Below, one piece after another: positions 56,334 to 64,000 of a stretch of DNA of 64,000 nucleotides (positions within the stretch are counted from its first letter, which is position 1; the number at the start of each line of letters is the position of its first letter). The DNA comes from Candidatus Micrarchaeota archaeon (GTDB lineage Archaea > Micrarchaeota > Micrarchaeia > Micrarchaeales > CABMGC01). The stretch covers positions 225,584 to 289,583 of the forward strand of contig JAJYVH010000001.1 of assembly GCA_021792095.1 (NCBI GenBank), given 5' to 3'. Below the pieces are notes generated by a model. It was not told the origin of the DNA. It ran no database searches and was given only the letters and a program-made list of their open reading frames with translations. Position numbers and translations under genes: made by a program.

Positions 56334-56993
56334 ATGAGGACAATACTGCCGGGAGACAAGATATCTGACACGCCCCTGCGCGCGGAGAACACGATAGTCG
56401 AGGGCGGGAAGACGTATGCCACTGTGATTGGCATGCTGGACGAGACGAAGGGCGCTTTCATACCTCTGGAGACGGTGTGGTACCCGAGGGAGGGCGACTA
56501 CGTGATAGGCATAGTGGAGAACTCGAAGAACAGGGTGTACACTGTGTACATGGAATCGCCGTTCAGGGGCCTGATACTGCCACCCCCGAGGCCAAGGTTC
56601 AGGGACATGAGGCACGAGCACACCGAGAGGCAGGAGGTGCTGCAGATCGGGGACGTGGTCAGCGCTTTCGTAAGGGAGGTGAAGCGCGAGTCGGACCAGA
56701 TAATACTGATACTAGACAGGCCGAGGAGGCTCATGGGCGGCAAGCTCATCGACGTAAGGCCCTCCAAGGTGCCCAGGATACTGGGCAGGGCGAACACAAT
56801 GCTGACGCAGCTGCAGGACATGACGAAGAGCACGATACTCGTCGGGCTCAACGGCCTGGTCTGGCTGAAGGGAGGCAACGTGCCGCTGGCCCAGAGGGCG
56901 ATAGCCAAGATACAGGACGAGGCGCACATCAACGGGCTGACGGAGCGCATAAAGGAGATGCTCGCCGCAAACAGCGGCACAAGCGGTGCTTGA
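56334..56993 (+). CDS. rrp4: Exosome RNA-binding subunit Rrp4
   Basis: YP.EGD.VIG S1 domain, KVPRILG KH domain, GLNG.VW. Confidence 0.93.
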   Translation: MRTILPGDKISDTPLRAENTIVEGGKTYATVIGMLDETKGAFIPLETVWYPREGDYVIGIVENSKNRVYTVYMESPFRGLILPPPRPRFRDMRHEHTERQEVLQIGDVVSAFVREVKRESDQIILILDRPRRLMGGKLIDVRPSKVPRILGRANTMLTQLQDMTKSTILVGLNGLVWLKGGNVPLAQRAIAKIQDEAHINGLTERIKEMLAANSGTSGA

Positions 56994-56994
56994 T

Positions 56995-57714
56995 ATGGGA
57001 GGAAGCGGAGAAAAACCACAACTGATAGTTGACGGAAAGAGGCTTGACGGGCGCGCATTCGACGAGCTCAGGCCAATAAGGATAGAGGCGGATGTGCTCA
57101 AGAACGCCGAGGGCTCGGCGTACCTGGAATGGGGCGACAACAAGGTGCTCGCAGCCGTTTACGGCCCGAAGGAGGCGCAGCCCAAGCACATTGCAGACCC
57201 GAACAGGGCGATAATAAAGTGCAGGTACCAAATGGCGCCGTTCTCGTCGCTGGAGGAGCACGGCAGGACAGGCCCCAACAGGCGCGCGATAGAGATATCC
57301 AAGGTCACCAAGGAGGTGTTCGAGAACGTGATACTGCTCGACCAGTTCCCCGGGTCGGAGATAGACATATTCGTCGAGGTGCTGCAGAGCGACGGGGGCA
57401 CGAGGGCTGCGGGCATAACTGCAGCAGCTGTAGCGCTCGCGAGCAGCGGCATACCGATGCGCGACATACCCTACGCCGTCTCGGCCGGCAGGATCGGCGA
57501 GCACATGGTGCTGGACGTCAACAAGATAGAGGACAACTACTCTGATGCTGACATGCCGGTAGCCATTGCGCCGAGGAGCGGCGACATGCTGCTGCTGCAG
57601 ATGGACGGCGCGCTCACAAAGGAGCAGGTTTCAGAAGGCCTGGCCATGGTGCGCAAGGCAGGAGAGACGATAGTGAGGGCCCAGCGCGAGGCGCTGGAGG
57701 CAAAGTATAGGTGA
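56995..57714 (+). CDS. rrp41: Exosome subunit Rrp41
   Basis: RLDGR..DELRP, GSAY, QSDGGTR. Confidence 0.95.
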   Translation: MGGSGEKPQLIVDGKRLDGRAFDELRPIRIEADVLKNAEGSAYLEWGDNKVLAAVYGPKEAQPKHIADPNRAIIKCRYQMAPFSSLEEHGRTGPNRRAIEISKVTKEVFENVILLDQFPGSEIDIFVEVLQSDGGTRAAGITAAAVALASSGIPMRDIPYAVSAGRIGEHMVLDVNKIEDNYSDADMPVAIAPRSGDMLLLQMDGALTKEQVSEGLAMVRKAGETIVRAQREALEAKYR

Positions 57715-57719
57715 TTGTG

Positions 57720-58499
57720 ATGCGAGAGGAAAACAGGGAATACGTGCTAGAACTCCTGGGCAAGGGCTCGAGGGAGCAGGAGCGCGGGCAGTTCGACTAC
57801 AGGGAGATAAAGATAAAGAAAGGGGTGATACCCCACGCCGAGGGCTCGGCGCAGGTCGACCTCGGCTCGACCAAGGTGCTTGTCGGGGTCAAGCTCGCGG
57901 TAGGCACGCCGATGCAGGACAAGCCCAACGAGGGCGCCCTTGCCACAGCCGCCGAGCTCCTTCCACTGGCATCCCCGGAGTATGAGATGGGCCCGCCGAG
58001 CCCCGAAGCCATAGAGCTCGCCAGGGTGGTGGACAGGGGGATAAGGGCCGCGGAGGTGGTGGACATGGACGCGCTCTTCATAGAGAAGGACAAGGTGTGG
58101 AACGTCTACACGGACATCTACATACTCAACTACGACGGCAACCTCTTCGACGCTTCGACGCTCGCTGCAACTACCGCGCTGCTCAGCGCCCGCATGCCGA
58201 GGCTCGAGGGCGAGGAGGTGATAAGGGAAGGCGCGCTCGGCAAGCTCAAGACCAAGAACATAGTGAGCTCGTGCACCTTCGCCAAGCTGAAGGGCAGGAT
58301 ACTGCTTGATTCCAACGCGGCTGAGGAGAGCATAATGGACGCCAGGGTGACAATAGCCAACGACGAGCGCGTGGTTCGCGCGATGCAGAAGGGGCTGAGC
58401 GGCTCCGTGTCGTTCAAGGAACTGGAGCAGATGGAAGACGTTGCCTTCGAGAAGTCGAAAGAGCTAAGAAACCGCATTTCCAAGGCATTGGGTGAATGA
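57720..58499 (+). CDS. rrp42: Exosome subunit Rrp42
   Basis: AEGSA.V.LG.T, ELARVVDRGIR, DGNLFDA. Confidence 0.95.
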   Translation: MREENREYVLELLGKGSREQERGQFDYREIKIKKGVIPHAEGSAQVDLGSTKVLVGVKLAVGTPMQDKPNEGALATAAELLPLASPEYEMGPPSPEAIELARVVDRGIRAAEVVDMDALFIEKDKVWNVYTDIYILNYDGNLFDASTLAATTALLSARMPRLEGEEVIREGALGKLKTKNIVSSCTFAKLKGRILLDSNAAEESIMDARVTIANDERVVRAMQKGLSGSVSFKELEQMEDVAFEKSKELRNRISKALGE

Positions 58500-58500
58500 G

Positions 58501-58743
58501 ATGGCGAACAGGAGCATACGTTACGGGGCAAGCCTCAGGAAGAGGTATGGCGCCGTGCAGGTTCAGAAGAAGGCGCTCTACATGTGCGACGTCTGCGGCA
58601 AGGAGGCAGTAAAGAGGATAGGCACCGGCATGTGGAAGTGCAGGCACTGCGGCGCTGTGTTCGCGGGCGGAGCGTACACGCTCAAGACGGAGCCGGGCAA
58701 GGCGCTGGAGCGCATGATGCAGTCTGGGAAGGTGGGCTCATGA
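58501..58743 (+). CDS. rpl37ae: 50S ribosomal protein L37ae
   Basis: RYGASLRK, C..CGK..VKR.GTG.W.C..C, AGGAY. Confidence 0.95.
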   Translation: MANRSIRYGASLRKRYGAVQVQKKALYMCDVCGKEAVKRIGTGMWKCRHCGAVFAGGAYTLKTEPGKALERMMQSGKVGS

Positions 58744-59105
58744 CCAAGGTGGTGTTCTCTCCGGCACAGGAGCTCGTGGTCCACGAGGTGGTGGAGGTAA
58801 GCAAGGACGACCTGCTGCTTGAGCGCATAACGCCGAACGGCAACATGCCCCTGTACTGGTGCAACGGCCTGCTATTCAGCTTCTCCTCAGTTCCCATGAC
58901 CGAGGAGGTGGTGAAGGAGTACCTCAAGGGCAGGATACACTGGCTCGAGGTGCACTACACGAGGATGGACAAGTACACGCCGCTTATAACGTTCGAGTCT
59001 CCGGAGTACAAGTCGACCATGAACGTCAAGGTCATAGACACGAGCTTCTCCGAGATGCACATGGAGTTCGTGAAGTGGCTGAAGGACAAGGCGAAGATAA
59101 AGTGA
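58740..59105 (+). CDS. Hypothetical protein within the exosome operon
   Basis: ATGA overlap with rpl37ae; MTKVVFSPAQELVVHE..LYWCNGLLF. Confidence 0.75.
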   Translation: MTKVVFSPAQELVVHEVVEVSKDDLLLERITPNGNMPLYWCNGLLFSFSSVPMTEEVVKEYLKGRIHWLEVHYTRMDKYTPLITFESPEYKSTMNVKVIDTSFSEMHMEFVKWLKDKAKIK

Positions 59106-59116
59106 GGTGTTATGCT

Positions 59117-59251
59117 ATGCCGTACATTTGTTTGCACTGCAGGAAAGAAGTGAAGGCCCTGGAGAAGAATTTCATAAGGTGCCCCTACTGCGGCTACAGG
59201 GTGCTCTCCAAGAAGAGAAGCACGCTTGCCAAGGAGGTATCGAGCAGCTAG
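59117..59251 (+). CDS. rpoP: RNA polymerase subunit P (Rpo12)
   Basis: Y.C..C...IRCPYCGYRVLSKKR; GAGGTG SD. Confidence 0.92.
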   Translation: MPYICLHCRKEVKALEKNFIRCPYCGYRVLSKKRSTLAKEVSSS

Positions 59252-59257
59252 CCGGCG

Positions 59258-59491
59258 TTAGTTCTTCAGCAGTATCGTGTTGCCGACTTCCCTGACGCGC
59301 TTGTACTCTACGCTGTTCTTGAACAGGCCCTTTATCACTTCGCCGGGCTCGTTGGCGTCTATCTTGCCCAGAAGCAGGTGCGACACGCTCCCCTGCTCTA
59401 GGTCTATCACAACTTCGCCCACCTCGCCGAGCCACCTGCCGGTGCCCGACATTATCTTCTTGCCGTAAAGCGAAGATATGGTAACCGTCAT
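59258..59491 (-). CDS. PRC-barrel protein (CdpB-like)
   Basis: SSLYGKKI...G..LGEV.EVVID..V.Y..V..VG..IL. Confidence 0.85.
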   Translation of the reverse strand: MTVTISSLYGKKIMSGTGRWLGEVGEVVIDLEQGSVSHLLLGKIDANEPGEVIKGLFKNSVEYKRVREVGNTILLKN

Positions 59492-60048
59492 TTGCTCTCC
59501 CCTAGTCTCAGCCTCTTAATCTTTTTGGAAGCGAATATTCTTATTACGTTCTCCTGCAGGGCATCGACGAAAGCGGCTTCGTTTTCCTCAAGTTCCGCGA
59601 GCTCCGCCTTGTCGAATAGCCCGCTCTTCCTGGCGACCATGCGCCTCAGGTAGGTGTCTCCTAGCTGGTAATACTTGGCTCCGCACGAGCCGCATACGAA
59701 GATAGGCACCACAGGCACGTTGTCTACGCCTTCCGGGACGCGGTCGTCGAGCTCGCGCGCTATGCTGCGCGACCCGCACGCATCGCACGCCGCGTTCACG
59801 CCGACCCTCTCGTACTCCTTCACCTCTGTCACGCTGAGCTCGTATCCGGTCAGGTGTTTCGAGAGCGCTCTCTCGGCATCGTTTATTTCAGACAGCACCT
59901 GCTCCAGCACCTCCCCGTCGCCTGTGAGCTCGGTTATCAGCGTGCCCTTCCTCGTGGGCTCGGCGATGCAGAACACGTTCCCGTGCCCGTCGCCGTAGAA
60001 ACAGGTGCGTATGCGCCCGTCGCCGCTCCTCCGCGCCTCAAGCATCAT
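59488..60048 (-). CDS. Hypothetical zinc-ribbon protein
   Basis: CDACG and CGSCG pairs; overlaps both the histone and PRC-barrel genes. Confidence 0.75.
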   Translation of the reverse strand: MMLEARRSGDGRIRTCFYGDGHGNVFCIAEPTRKGTLITELTGDGEVLEQVLSEINDAERALSKHLTGYELSVTEVKEYERVGVNAACDACGSRSIARELDDRVPEGVDNVPVVPIFVCGSCGAKYYQLGDTYLRRMVARKSGLFDKAELAELEENEAAFVDALQENVIRIFASKKIKRLRLGESK

Positions 60049-60259
60049 CCAAACCTGCCTTCAGCACGTATTCCTGTATGTCCTCCTTTGTTATCTTGTC
60101 GCCCTTCCTCTTCCTCGAATTCAGCACGGCGAACCTTGATATGCGCTTCGCCCTGCTCTCCAGCATCTTGGCGAGGGCTCGCGCAGCGTCGTCGGTTATC
60201 TGCAGCCCGAACTCCCTGCTGACCATCCTCTTTATGCTCTCGGCCGGTATGCTCGCCAT
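60038..60259 (-). CDS. Archaeal histone-fold protein
   Basis: IP..SIKRM....G..ITDDA..AL...LE.....I...A...ITKEDI. Confidence 0.85.
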   Translation of the reverse strand: MASIPAESIKRMVSREFGLQITDDAARALAKMLESRAKRISRFAVLNSRKRKGDKITKEDIQEYVLKAGLDDA

Positions 60260-60270
60260 TCACGCGCCCC

Positions 60271-60325
60271 ATTCAGCACTCAAGATCCACATCATCTCGT
60301 AATCAGGACTTGGGTTCATCACTGC
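60271..60325 (-). ncRNA. Box C/D guide sRNA
   Basis: C box GUGAUGA (60322-60316), D' CUGA, C' AUGAUGU, D CUGA (60276-60273) with archaeal spacing; TATA-like ATATAAG upstream. Confidence 0.8.
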
Positions 60326-60377
60326 ATTGATTTTGCTGGGCAAGACTTATATATTCGTAGAGCCATAATGCTAGTTC

Positions 60378-60704
60378 GTGGTCATGATGACTTCTGACGT
60401 AACAAACCAGAATTTCGATGCCGAGGTGCTCAAGTCTAAGATGCCGGTTGTGGTGGACTTCTGGGCCGAATGGTGCGGCCCGTGCAAGATGTTCAGCCCA
60501 GTGCTGGAAGAGGTTTCGAAGGAATACGGCACCAAGGTGAAGTTCGTCAAGCTCAATACCGACGATAACACGAGCGTGGCCCAGGAGTACGGCATAATGA
60601 GCATACCGACAACGCTGCTCTTCGAGGGCGGCGAGGTCAAGGCGATGTCCGTAGGCGCCATACCGAAGGCTGAGTTCAAGAAGTGGCTCGACAGCAACCT
60701 CTGA
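60378..60704 (+). CDS. trxA: Thioredoxin
   Basis: DFWAEWCGPCK, SIPT. Confidence 0.97.
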   Translation: MVMMTSDVTNQNFDAEVLKSKMPVVVDFWAEWCGPCKMFSPVLEEVSKEYGTKVKFVKLNTDDNTSVAQEYGIMSIPTTLLFEGGEVKAMSVGAIPKAEFKKWLDSNL

Positions 60705-60738
60705 TCCCGCCCGTTTGGCAGGTCCGCCCTGCCCGGCT

Positions 60739-60825
60739 TTGCTAATAAAGTAGGGTCTGCTAAGAAAGTCCGAAGGTTGCTAAAAATCTGGCTTGTTGAT
60801 AAATTACGGAAGTTATTGATAAATC
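60739..60825. repeat. Five degenerate ~13-bp direct repeats at the edge of the AT-rich island
   Basis: TTGCTAATAAAGT, CTGCTAAGAAAGT, TTGCTAAAAATCT, TTGTTGATAAATT and TTATTGATAAATC at 60739, 60757, 60777, 60793 and 60813. Confidence 0.5.
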
Positions 60826-60870
60826 AGATTCTGAATGGGTTTTTAAGATTAAAGGTCAGATACCTTAATT

Positions 60871-62880
60871 ATGGAAGATGCTAAGTTCATTGAAAAGGTC
60901 TTAGCTGATTTTAAAGACATTAACAACAGCATACCTCGTATAGTGAGATTAGGAGATTTGTTTTCTATCTGGTTCACTTCAAACATACTTCTAAATAATA
61001 TGAATGAAGAAAAAGCACTAAATTATTTTATCGGCGGCAGTAACGATTGCAAATTAGACATCGGGATTGCGGATGATGATCACGAACTAATTACCTTAGC
61101 ACAATGTAAATTCCCAGATGGGAATAAACTTATTACAGATAACCCGAACGTAAGTGCAGGAAGTTATACTAAGGATGTAATTGATGATATCTTAACAGCA
61201 AGAGATAGATTGACTTCGGAATCTGTATCTGGAAACGATAATTGGAAAGAATTTGCAGATGCCTATAGAGAGAAGTTAGCTCCTGATAGCTCGAACCTGA
61301 AACTGATAGTGGCAGGATTCGGTAATTTCCCAGCAGATGTGATCAACTATGCTATTGAAAAGAATGTGGACATCTACGACTTCAAAAGAATCAAAGATCA
61401 ATACATAAGAAACGTATCTCCTGAAGGTGTATTTGACATACCAGAAACATTGGAACTTGCTTGTAAAGAGGGAAATACGAAGTATGAGGATGAAAAATTC
61501 AAAACTTTCTCTTATTTTGTAGATATTTCAGATGTGGGAACTGCCGTAGAAAAATACCAAGATGGCTTGTTCATAGACGACCTTAGGTATAAGCTTGCTG
61601 GTTCTTCTCAGAGTAAGATAGCATCTGATATAGAAGCTACGATAATGAAGCATCCAGAAAAACTTACGATTTTAAACAATGGTCTAACAATAGCGTGTGA
61701 ATCTCTAATTCCTCTTTCTGCCACACGTGTAAAACTAATCAAACCGAAGATACTGAATGGATGTCAAACGTCTTGGGCAATACAAAGTGCTTTTGTTAAA
61801 AGCCAAAAAGCTAACAGAACTCTAAAAGGATATGTATATGCTCGCATAGTAGAGACTAAAGATCCGAATTATATAAAGGATGTCACTAATGCAACTAACA
61901 ATCAGAATCCGATAACTGCAAGAGACAAGCACGCAGGAGACGATCAGCAAAAAGAGATTTTCTTTGCCTTCAGCAAGTTCGGACACAAACCAATTCTTTA
62001 CGATTATAGAGAAGGACTTGTCAAGGCATTAGAGAGATCAAAGGACAATATCATAGAACATTTCTATACAACTCCATTAGGTAGTGGAAGACCAAAACCA
62101 AGAATAATAGACAACATCCTTGCCGCACAATTATATCTGGCATTGCTTGGGGAACCCATATATGCAAAGACAAACAGAAAAGATATTTTTGAAGAAGAAG
62201 AGGTCTATAAGACGATATTTTCCTACCAATTACCTGCTGATCAGCGTTTCAATAACGACACCATCGGAATAAAGGAAAATGAGATAAAATTACGAACTGG
62301 AAAACTTGAATATTTCATAGAAGATGTATTCTTTGCACACGCCGTCTATCAGCTTGCGGAGGCATATGCTGGGTTGTATGATAAAAAGATGAAATCTTAT
62401 ACTCAAACCGAGATAAACAAACCAGCATACATTGAACTCGCAGAAAACTTCAGTTTTATGAAAAGATGGAACTATATTGTTGTTGGGGCTGTGAATTATA
62501 TAGTAAATAGCCTCTCTAAGGATGAAGAAAGTCTTAAAAAATTAAGAGAGAAACTAATCAAGAGCGAAACCGATGCAGATATTTTCTGGAGAAGTGCTAC
62601 AAAGTTGCAAGAACAATTTAATTTTGACAGCAATAAAGATGTTGCAGTAATAGTCAAAGACGATGCCCAATCACCAAACTATGTCGTCTTGGGAAGATGG
62701 ATAAATTCGGTCAGCTTATTGTTATACGATCTTGTGAGAAATGCGAAAAGAACGGAAGGGGAAGGATTCAATATGAGAAAATTTATAGAACTAAATCCTC
62801 AAACATATCGTGAGTTAATAAAAGAGATTGGCAGAATCTTAGCGATACCGAGAAGATCTACCGAGCAATTTCCTCAATAA
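60871..62880 (+). CDS. AIPR family protein with N-terminal PD-(D/E)XK-like motif
   Basis: ND..LD...QCKF; NNGLTI, ILNGCQTS, TNNQNPI; AT-rich. Confidence 0.88.
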   Translation: MEDAKFIEKVLADFKDINNSIPRIVRLGDLFSIWFTSNILLNNMNEEKALNYFIGGSNDCKLDIGIADDDHELITLAQCKFPDGNKLITDNPNVSAGSYTKDVIDDILTARDRLTSESVSGNDNWKEFADAYREKLAPDSSNLKLIVAGFGNFPADVINYAIEKNVDIYDFKRIKDQYIRNVSPEGVFDIPETLELACKEGNTKYEDEKFKTFSYFVDISDVGTAVEKYQDGLFIDDLRYKLAGSSQSKIASDIEATIMKHPEKLTILNNGLTIACESLIPLSATRVKLIKPKILNGCQTSWAIQSAFVKSQKANRTLKGYVYARIVETKDPNYIKDVTNATNNQNPITARDKHAGDDQQKEIFFAFSKFGHKPILYDYREGLVKALERSKDNIIEHFYTTPLGSGRPKPRIIDNILAAQLYLALLGEPIYAKTNRKDIFEEEEVYKTIFSYQLPADQRFNNDTIGIKENEIKLRTGKLEYFIEDVFFAHAVYQLAEAYAGLYDKKMKSYTQTEINKPAYIELAENFSFMKRWNYIVVGAVNYIVNSLSKDEESLKKLREKLIKSETDADIFWRSATKLQEQFNFDSNKDVAVIVKDDAQSPNYVVLGRWINSVSLLLYDLVRNAKRTEGEGFNMRKFIELNPQTYRELIKEIGRILAIPRRSTEQFPQ

Positions 62881-62881
62881 C

Positions 62882-63721
62882 TTAATTAGCTGACTTGATA
62901 CGTTTCATTCCCAAAACTCTATATTTTGGATTTATATCGATGCCTATCGAGTTTCTATCTAAATCAGAAGCAACCTTACTTAAAGAAAAAGTCCCTGCAA
63001 ATGGATCAAAGACGATAGAGTTTTTATTACTACCTACTCTGACAAATAAAGATAATAATTCTAATGGCAACTGACACAGATGCCATTTTTGTCTTTCTTT
63101 TTCAACATTTTTAAAAAGGTTAAACTTTATGAAGTCGTCCTGAGTAATCTTCTGATCTATTTCCGCATCGTAAATCATTCTCCCTTTTGATCCATTTTTA
63201 ATCAATTCGGAAACTCTTTTATCAGTTGGGTTCTTGTAAGGCATCAGAATTTCTTTTCTATTAAACACGTAATTACTTGATTTGGTTTTTGTATAAAACA
63301 AGATTGCCCTTTGGCTTCTTGTAAAGTTCTTTCTCGAATGTCCTATATTCGTGGGATAATGCCAAGTAAGCCATCTTCTAAATGTCAGTTTTGGTTTAAG
63401 CATTGAAAATATATCTACTGCTAATTCAGGGTAAGTTATGATATACATACTTCCTCTGTCTTTCAAAAGGTTGATGCTTTTTTCCAATCTCTCGTTTATG
63501 TATTCTGTATAGTCCTCATCTTTCATCCTATCTTTGTATGTCTTGCCATAATTTATGTCTCGATTATAAGGAGGATCTGTAATGATAAGATCTACGCTAT
63601 TTTTGGGAATTAGAGACATAATTTTTAAGCAGTCTCCAGCTCCAAAAGCGTGCGTTGTGCCATTTAGTCTTATGGTTTTGAAGGCTGATTTAGGAAGAGC
63701 AGAAAAACTATTCGCCTTCAT
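62882..63721 (-). CDS. Site-specific DNA methyltransferase (N6-A/N4-C, beta class)
   Basis: DLIITDPPYN precedes VFDPFAGT; GIDIN. Confidence 0.92.
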   Translation of the reverse strand: MKANSFSALPKSAFKTIRLNGTTHAFGAGDCLKIMSLIPKNSVDLIITDPPYNRDINYGKTYKDRMKDEDYTEYINERLEKSINLLKDRGSMYIITYPELAVDIFSMLKPKLTFRRWLTWHYPTNIGHSRKNFTRSQRAILFYTKTKSSNYVFNRKEILMPYKNPTDKRVSELIKNGSKGRMIYDAEIDQKITQDDFIKFNLFKNVEKERQKWHLCQLPLELLSLFVRVGSNKNSIVFDPFAGTFSLSKVASDLDRNSIGIDINPKYRVLGMKRIKSAN

Positions 63722-63752
63722 AACATCATTATTGTTTAGGATCCAAAGATCT

Positions 63753-63968
63753 TTATGATCGATTGTTTTGAGCTTTACCTACACTTCTCGGCGAACCTTC
63801 ATCGAAGACCCTAACCATCAGGACTTTGCCTATAAACTCGGTCAATTTTGGACTACGCAAACTGATGCTACCATAAGTATAATCCTTAGTCTTACCTGTG
63901 CTAAGCTTCTTTCTATCGAACGAGGAACTTACCTTAACCCTGAAAGTGCCCAATTGCTTCATAAACAC
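63753..63968 (-). CDS. Small hypothetical protein (possible AbrB/DUF2080-like)
   Basis: 71 aa, beta-rich, with YGSISL..KL.EFIGK.L.V.V pattern; upstream of the MTase. Confidence 0.5.
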   Translation of the reverse strand: MFMKQLGTFRVKVSSSFDRKKLSTGKTKDYTYGSISLRSPKLTEFIGKVLMVRVFDEGSPRSVGKAQNNRS

Positions 63969-64000
63969 TCGATAGTATTCTAATTAGAAAAGTATATAAA

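Noticed and set aside
1..64000. CRISPR array, rRNA genes, integrase or transposase
   Set aside because: No repeat-spacer array, rRNA motifs or recombinase ORF recognised in the window.

Overview
A 64-kb stretch of an archaeal chromosome, inferred to be a DPANN Micrarchaeota (ARMAN-like) genome from its ~385-aa epsilon2-type tRNA splicing endonuclease, non-canonical tRNA intron, gyrase and dense overlapping genes. It is mostly core information-processing genes: the L3-L4-L23-L2-S19-L22-S3-L29-SUI1 ribosomal block, priS, radA, gins, rpl44e, aIF2-alpha, TFE, gyrB/gyrA, Lhr, Mre11, cdc6, RNase P proteins, the proteasome/exosome operon and a histone. There are six tRNAs, two with introns. An AT-rich island (AIPR protein plus DNA methyltransferase) starts at ~60.7 kb. 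The most interesting signals are not in the ORF track. (1) A ~250-nt structured non-coding RNA of no family I recognise starts 3 nt after tRNA-Glu. (2) aIF2-alpha, and probably dcd, appears to initiate at a non-canonical ACG/ATA codon. (3) A C/D-box sRNA just upstream of the histone gene has two guides that both point at tRNA wobble position 34. (4) Two tRNAs have C instead of U at position 55, and the initiator tRNA has a T-loop intron. (5) A tRNA overlaps the stop codon of a CDS. (6) There are several other structured intergenic elements and two decayed genes. All assignments are by eye, without database searches.
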